Of a stretch of 64,000 bases of DNA, positions 58,692-64,000 are shown one piece after another. The stretch is from contig JAPPFD010000009.1 in the NCBI GenBank assembly GCA_028823995.1, positions 89,500-153,499 on the forward strand. Reading direction: 5' to 3'. The translations under genes were made by a program, and so were the position numbers. A model generated the notes under the pieces. It ran no database searches. It was given only the letters and a program-made list of their open reading frames with translations, and was not told the origin of the DNA. Numbering within the stretch: position 1 is the first letter of the stretch; each line of letters begins with the position of its first letter. Source of the DNA: a bacterium. GTDB lineage: Bacteria; Actinomycetota; Acidimicrobiia; Spongiisociales; ZC4RG35.

Positions 58692-58943
58692 AATGTCGCG
58701 AAAATCGGGGCCCCTATTTGGGAACCCTCCCCCGCCACCACCGTTCCATGGTTGAACAGGCTCTGTCCAGCCCGGGACAGGGCTTGTTGCATTACCTTTC
58801 TTTAGTTCCTCGACGCGGTCCTGGCGGCGCCTGGGCGGCCGGTCTCGGTGCTTGGCTCCTACCAATGTGGCCTGCTGGTGGGACAGAATCAAGCCTTCGA
58901 CCCCGGGTTTTCGAAAACCTGTGAAAAAAGCCGCGGCAGGTGT
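58692..58943 (-). repeat. Dispersed ~255-bp intergenic repeat, copy C
   Basis: Reverse complement aligns with 877-1132. Contains the palindrome GGTTTTCGAAAACC (58906-58919) and the CTGTCC/GGACAG stem (58763-58780). Confidence 0.9.
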
Positions 58944-59014
58944 CGCCTCAGCATCGACCCACCTCACCCTGGGGTTGTCCAAGTCCGGTGCCGACGAGGG
59001 CTATCCTCGCGGGT

Positions 59015-59905
59015 GTGAGTCCGCCTAACCTGCCTTTCGGCCGCGTCCTGACCGCCATGGTCACCCCCTTCGCCGCCGACGGATCGCTGGATACGGACAA
59101 GGCCGGCCGCTTGGCCCGCCACCTCGTGGAGAACGGGTCGGACGGATTGGTGATCAGCGGCACCACCGGCGAGTCGCCCACCCTTTCCTCCGACGAGAAA
59201 GTGCGCCTCTTCGAAGCCGTGGTCGGGGCGGTGGGAGACCGGGCCATGGTGGTGGCGGGTACCGGCACCTACGACACGGCCGGTTCGGTGGCGCTCAGCC
59301 GCCGGGCGGCCCAGGCCGGTTGCGGGGGAGTGATGGCGGTCACCCCGTACTACAACAAACCCACCCAGGAGGGACTGGTGGCGCACTTCGAGGCCATCGC
59401 CGACGCCACCGAACTCCCGGTCCTGGTCTACAACATCCCCTCCCGCACGGCCCGGCTGATCGAAGTCTCCACGATGGCCCGCCTCTCCACCCATCCCAAC
59501 ATCGTGGCCACCAAGGACGCGGTCATGGACCTCGACTTCACCTCCCTCACCGTGGAGACCGCCCCCGACCTGATCGTGTATTCCGGGCAGGACTCCTACA
59601 CGCTTCCCATGATGTCGGTGGGAGCCGTGGGGGTGGTCTCGGTGATCTCCCATCTGGCGGGGAGGACGGTGGCCGGGATGGTCGCCGCCGCCGCCGGAGG
59701 GGACTATGACAGGGCGGCCGCCCTCCACCATGCCCTCATGCCGCTGTCCGTGGCCTGTTTCATGGAGACCAACCCCGGCCCGGTCAAGGCGGCCCTTTCG
59801 GAGAGTTGGGAGCCGGTCGGGGACCTCCGCCTGCCGATGGTGGCGCCCGCCGGGGACACGCTGCGGGCTGTCATGAAAGCTTTGGCCGCATTGGACGGAG
59901 GGTGA
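59015..59905 (+). CDS. dapA: 4-hydroxy-tetrahydrodipicolinate synthase
   Basis: GTTGES, PYYNKP, VYNIPSRT, catalytic KDA and ETNPGPVK motifs. TATCCT lies 7 nt before the GTG. Confidence 0.96.
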   Translation: MSPPNLPFGRVLTAMVTPFAADGSLDTDKAGRLARHLVENGSDGLVISGTTGESPTLSSDEKVRLFEAVVGAVGDRAMVVAGTGTYDTAGSVALSRRAAQAGCGGVMAVTPYYNKPTQEGLVAHFEAIADATELPVLVYNIPSRTARLIEVSTMARLSTHPNIVATKDAVMDLDFTSLTVETAPDLIVYSGQDSYTLPMMSVGAVGVVSVISHLAGRTVAGMVAAAAGGDYDRAAALHHALMPLSVACFMETNPGPVKAALSESWEPVGDLRLPMVAPAGDTLRAVMKALAALDGG

Positions 59906-61539
59906 GCGTACGCATCACCTTCCTGGGGGGCTTGGGAGAGGTAGGCCGTAATTGCGCGGCGCTGGAAGTCGAGGGAAGGATCTGTCTGATCGACTGCGGC
60001 CTGATGTTTCCGGAGGCCGACATGCTGGGGGTGGACCTGGTCTTCCCGGACTGGTCATGGGTGGTGGAGCGCTCCGAAGACGTGGAGTGCGTGGTGTTGA
60101 CCCATGGCCACGAGGACCATGTCGGGGCGTTGGGCTACTTCCTGGAGCAGGTGAACGTACCGGTGTACGGCACCGATCTCTCCCTGCAGATAGCCGGCGA
60201 GCGGATCAAGGAGTTGGGAGTCACCCCGGACCTGCGCCCCGTACCCACCGGGGAGGAGATCCGTCACGGGCCGTTTTTCTTCACGTTGATCCCGGTCTGC
60301 CACTCCATTCCCGACGCGGTGGCTCTGGCTTTCGACACTCCCGAGGGTGTGATACTCCACTCCGGGGACTTCAAGCTCGATCCCACTCCGATCGACGACC
60401 GGGCGACGGACCTGGGGGCCCTGGCGGAGTTCGGCGACCGGGGAGTCCGGTTGTACCTGGGAGACAGCACCAACGCGGAGCGCAGCGGGTTCGTCCCCTC
60501 GGAGAGTTCCCTGGCCGGGCCTATCACCGACATCGTCCGGAATGCCGGGGGAAGGGTCATCGCGGCGTGCTTCTCCTCCCACATCCACCGCGTCCAGCAG
60601 ATCGTGGACGCCGGGGTGGCGGCAGGGCGCAAGGTCGCCCTGGCGGGACGCTCGATGATGCGCAACAGCCAGATCGCCTCCGAGTTGGAGGTGCTGCGAC
60701 TCCCCGACGGGCATGTGGTCAGCGTCAACGAATTGTTGCGGTTCCACCCTTCCCAGCAGTTGCTGATCGCCACCGGCAGCCAGGGCGAGCCCTTCTCGGC
60801 GTTGTCGCGCATGTCGAACGGGACCCATCGGCAGATCTCCCTCGAGCCCGGCGACACGGTGTTGATCAGCGCCACGCCGGTTCCGGGCAACGAGAAGGCG
60901 GTCTCCAAGCTGGTTTCGGGGATGCTCCGGCTGGGAGCCAATGTCTACCACGGTCTCAACTCTCCGGTGCACGTCTCCGGGCACGGGGCCCGCGACGAAC
61001 TGGCCGTCATGCTGAGGTTGGTGCGACCCGAGGCCTTCGTGCCGGTGCACGGTGAGTACCGCCATCTGCACGCCCATGCCCGTCTGGCCGAGGAGGTGGG
61101 CGTGGAACAGATCGAGGTCCTCGAGGACGGGGACCGGGTGGTGATGGAGGGCGACGACCTGTGGGTGGAGCGGGCGGTGGTGGAGGCGGACTACGTGTTC
61201 CTGGACGGATCCTCCCTCGGTGGCGTGCAGACCAGGGTGCTCCGGGACCGCAGCCGCCTGTCCGAGGCCGGGGTGGTGACGGTGGCGGTAGTGATCGACG
61301 CGGGGAGCGGGGAACTTGTCTACGATCCTTCCTTCACCAGTTGGGGGCTGGTGGATGATCCGGTGTCGGTGTTGGACGTTGCCGCAGACGAGGTGGTGGA
61401 GCTGGTGTCGGCGCGGATGGCCGACGGGTTGACCGACCGCGACCAGTTGCGAGCCGTGGTGAGAAGGACCGTGGCCAGGGTGGTCCGGGCCGAGACGCGC
61501 CAGCGACCGGTGGTGCTGGTGGAGGTCGTGGAGGTCTGA
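59902..61539 (+). CDS. rnj: Ribonuclease J
   Basis: GGLGEVGRN, THGHEDH, HSGDFK, DSTNAE, HVSGH and PVHGE motifs. Confidence 0.96.
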   Translation: MSVRITFLGGLGEVGRNCAALEVEGRICLIDCGLMFPEADMLGVDLVFPDWSWVVERSEDVECVVLTHGHEDHVGALGYFLEQVNVPVYGTDLSLQIAGERIKELGVTPDLRPVPTGEEIRHGPFFFTLIPVCHSIPDAVALAFDTPEGVILHSGDFKLDPTPIDDRATDLGALAEFGDRGVRLYLGDSTNAERSGFVPSESSLAGPITDIVRNAGGRVIAACFSSHIHRVQQIVDAGVAAGRKVALAGRSMMRNSQIASELEVLRLPDGHVVSVNELLRFHPSQQLLIATGSQGEPFSALSRMSNGTHRQISLEPGDTVLISATPVPGNEKAVSKLVSGMLRLGANVYHGLNSPVHVSGHGARDELAVMLRLVRPEAFVPVHGEYRHLHAHARLAEEVGVEQIEVLEDGDRVVMEGDDLWVERAVVEADYVFLDGSSLGGVQTRVLRDRSRLSEAGVVTVAVVIDAGSGELVYDPSFTSWGLVDDPVSVLDVAADEVVELVSARMADGLTDRDQLRAVVRRTVARVVRAETRQRPVVLVEVVEV

Positions 61540-61553
61540 GGACTCAGGCCCCC

Positions 61554-61576
61554 TGTCACACCGGGAATGACATCTT
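61554..61576 (+). promoter_or_regulatory. Possible PafBC-like promoter of comF
   Basis: TGTCAC-N11-CATCTT, 6 nt before the ATG. The spacer is one base longer than consensus. Confidence 0.35.
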
Positions 61577-61582
61577 GTCGCC

Positions 61583-62146
61583 ATGGTTTGGTGTCTGGCC
61601 TGTCTGCGACCCGCCGAACTGGCGGTCTGCCCCGATTGTCTGCGCACCATGGGTGCGGGGCCCTGGCGGAGGCTGGCGTGCGGGATAGGCGTGTCCTCGG
61701 CTCTTGTGCATCGGGCGGCGGCGCGCCGGTTGGTTCTCCGTCTCAAGTACGGCGGTTGCCGGGAGTCGGCCCAGGTGCTGGCGGCCGTGATGCACCCGCT
61801 CCTGCCGACCGACGCATCGGCCCTGGCGCCTGTGCCCCGCATCTACTCCCGGCGTTTGAAATACCGCTCCGACCCCGGCGTACTCCTCGCCGGGGCCCTA
61901 TCGCGGCGCTCGGGCCTCCCGGTCCGCGCGGTCCTCGGCCCTCGCCTTGTGGGTGGGGCCAACGCCGGGTTGGGCCGTACGGACCGGACCGCCCCCCGTT
62001 TTCGCCGCCGGTGGACTCCCACCGGTGGGTTGGTGCTGGTTGACGACGTGCTGACCACCGGGGCCACGCTGACGGCCGCCGCGGCCGCCCTCGGGCACTC
62101 GGTGGTGCTGGGGGCGGTCACCGCAACTGCCTCCTCCCATGCCTGA
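61583..62146 (+). CDS. ComF family protein
   Basis: N-terminal CxxC...CxxC and LKY. PRT motif LVDDVLTTGATL. Confidence 0.88.
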   Translation: MVWCLACLRPAELAVCPDCLRTMGAGPWRRLACGIGVSSALVHRAAARRLVLRLKYGGCRESAQVLAAVMHPLLPTDASALAPVPRIYSRRLKYRSDPGVLLAGALSRRSGLPVRAVLGPRLVGGANAGLGRTDRTAPRFRRRWTPTGGLVLVDDVLTTGATLTAAAAALGHSVVLGAVTATASSHA

Positions 62147-62188
62147 GGGATCGGTAGTCTTCGCGGCACCGGAGAGAGGATTTCCGAC

Positions 62189-62719
62189 ATGGATGTGAGG
62201 CTCAGCGCCCGGAATACGGATGTGACCGACGACTTCCGCCGCGCCGTGACGGCCAAGATGAGCCGGGCGGCGCGGGTGTTCTCGGACCTGACCTCGGTGG
62301 ACGTGGAGATCATCCAGGAGACCAACCCCCGCCTGTCCGGGGAACGGTTCCGCATCGAGTTGTCGGGACAGGCGCTGGGCAGGATCGTTCGGGTGGAGGC
62401 GGCCGCTCCCACCGCCGAGACGGCGCTCGACACCGCCGCCGACCGTTTCACCCGCCGGATTCGCAGGCTCAAGGAGCGGGTGATCGACCGGCATCGCCAG
62501 GGAGAACCGCCATCCCCGACCCTCCCGGAGACCGAGGGTGACGAGATCGTGCGGGTGAAGAGGTTCATCATGAAGCCGATGAGCGTTGCCGAGGCGCAGT
62601 TGCAGATGGAGATGCTGGGCCACGACTTCTTCTTCTTCCTCAACTCGGCCAACCGCCGCCACAGCGTCCTCTACCGCCGCCGCGACGGTCGCCTGGGCCT
62701 GATCGAGTCGGGAAGTTGA
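62189..62719 (+). CDS. hpf: Ribosome hibernation promoting factor (long form)
   Basis: S30EA-like N-terminal domain and VRVKRFIMKPMSVAEA...VLYRRRDG. Confidence 0.93.
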   Translation: MDVRLSARNTDVTDDFRRAVTAKMSRAARVFSDLTSVDVEIIQETNPRLSGERFRIELSGQALGRIVRVEAAAPTAETALDTAADRFTRRIRRLKERVIDRHRQGEPPSPTLPETEGDEIVRVKRFIMKPMSVAEAQLQMEMLGHDFFFFLNSANRRHSVLYRRRDGRLGLIESGS

Positions 62720-62779
62720 CCGATGGCGCCGGGCCATTTGCCCGCATAGCCGCCGCGCCCATATAGCATCTAGGTACGG

Positions 62780-64000
62780 ATGGGAATTCTCACCAAGGTT
62801 CTCAAGGCGGGGGAAAGCCGTTCGCTGAAGCGTCTGTCGGCGTTGGCAGACCGGGTGAACGCGCTGGAGGGTGACACCCAACGGCTCTCCGACGCCGAGC
62901 TTTCCGCCCGGACCGGGCATTTTCGAGAGAGGGTGGCGCGCGGCGAAAGCCTCGACGACCTGGCTCCCGAGGCCTTCGCGGTGGTCCGTGAGGTCGCCTG
63001 GCGGGTGCTGGGCCAGCGGCCCTACGACGTGCAGGTGGTCGGGGCGGGAGCCCTCCATGAGGGAAGGGTCGCCGAGATGAAGACCGGAGAGGGAAAGACC
63101 CTGGTCTCGACCATGCCGGCCTACCTCAACGCCCTGGGAGGCGGGGGCGTCCACCTGGTCACGGTCAACGACTACCTGGCGTCCCGGGACGCCGAGTGGA
63201 TGGGGGCGGTCCACCGCTTCCTGGGCCTGGAGGTCGGCCTGATCCAGAACTCCATGACCTCTGCCGAGCGCCGGCCCGCCTACCGGGCGGACATCACTTA
63301 CGGGACCAACAACGAGTTCGGCTTCGACTACCTGCGGGACAACATGTCGATGGACCCGGCCAACATGGTCCAGCGGGGACACCACTTCGCGATCGTGGAC
63401 GAGGTGGACTCCATCCTCATCGACGAGGCCCGGACCCCCCTGATCATCTCGGGCCGGGTGGCGGACAGCGCCAAGTGGTACCGGGACTTCGCCCGGATCT
63501 CTGCCCGGCTCCGCAGGGACATCCACTACGAGGTGGACGAGGGGAAGCGACAGGTGCTCACCACCGAGCAGGGGGTGGCGCAGGTGGAGGAGACGCTGGG
63601 GGTGGAGAACCTTTACGATCACGCGGCGGTCGACTTCGTCCACTACCTGGAGACGGCGCTGCGAGCCAAGGAGCTCTACCACCGGGACCAGGAGTACCTG
63701 CTCCACCGCGGGCAGGTGAAGATCGTCGACGAGTTCACCGGGCGGGTGCTGGAGGGACGTCGCTACTCCGAAGGGCTGCACCAGGCCATAGAGGCCAAGG
63801 AGGGGGTGAGGATTCTCGATGAGAACCAGACCCTGGCCACCATCACACTCCAGAACTTCTTCCGGATGTACGAGAAGCTGGCCGGCATGACCGGCACCGC
63901 CCAGACCGAGGCGCCCGAGTTGTCCCAGATCTACGGCCTCGAGGTGGTGAGCATCCCCACCAACCGGCCGGTGGTCCGCCTCGATGAGGGCGATCAGGTG
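62780..64000 (+). CDS. secA: Preprotein translocase SecA (runs off the window end)
   Basis: [30 protein letters not shown] and GMTGTA motifs. Confidence 0.97.
   Translation, partial: MGILTKVLKAGESRSLKRLSALADRVNALEGDTQRLSDAELSARTGHFRERVARGESLDDLAPEAFAVVREVAWRVLGQRPYDVQVVGAGALHEGRVAEMKTGEGKTLVSTMPAYLNALGGGGVHLVTVNDYLASRDAEWMGAVHRFLGLEVGLIQNSMTSAERRPAYRADITYGTNNEFGFDYLRDNMSMDPANMVQRGHHFAIVDEVDSILIDEARTPLIISGRVADSAKWYRDFARISARLRRDIHYEVDEGKRQVLTTEQGVAQVEETLGVENLYDHAAVDFVHYLETALRAKELYHRDQEYLLHRGQVKIVDEFTGRVLEGRRYSEGLHQAIEAKEGVRILDENQTLATITLQNFFRMYEKLAGMTGTAQTEAPELSQIYGLEVVSIPTNRPVVRLDEGDQV

Noticed and set aside
1-64000. CRISPR arrays, tRNA/rRNA genes, integrase or transposase genes
   Set aside because: No regularly spaced repeats, no cloverleaf or rRNA signatures, and no tyrosine/serine recombinase or DDE motifs were found.

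Overview
High-GC actinobacterial chromosomal window. An Acidimicrobiia-like origin is inferred from gene order: ffh-rpsP-khpA-rimM, topA/MFS-tmk-holB, pgsA-gcvH-FHA-MerR...BFN-MerR-gcvT, M16-dapB-dapA-rnj and comF-hpf-secA. About 60 CDSs can be supported, mostly housekeeping. No rRNA, tRNA or CRISPR array was seen. Five features are not explained by routine annotation. (1) A ~255-bp non-coding repeat occurs three times (877-1132 +, ~38764-39022 -, 58692-58943 -). In two places it is followed by a PafBC-type DNA-damage promoter: once driving a DUF222-HNH endonuclease lodged between dapB and dapA, and once a short gene stub beside an A/T-richer PD-(D/E)XK nuclease module. (2) A nine-gene de novo purine operon (23145-33954) is bracketed by the intact hpt 3' end and a frameshifted, ~80%-identical displaced copy of it, the footprint of an island integrated into hpt. 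(3) A MoxR-type AAA+ ATPase has reciprocally swapped Walker A/B residues (GKD / LSE) and is coupled to an HExxH-plus-vWA protein. (4) A half-length, strongly diverged GcvPA-derived ORF sits after gcvT with no gcvPB. (5) A small set of PafBC-like promoters is shared by lhr, the HNH gene and possibly comF. All identities were counted by hand. No database searches were run.
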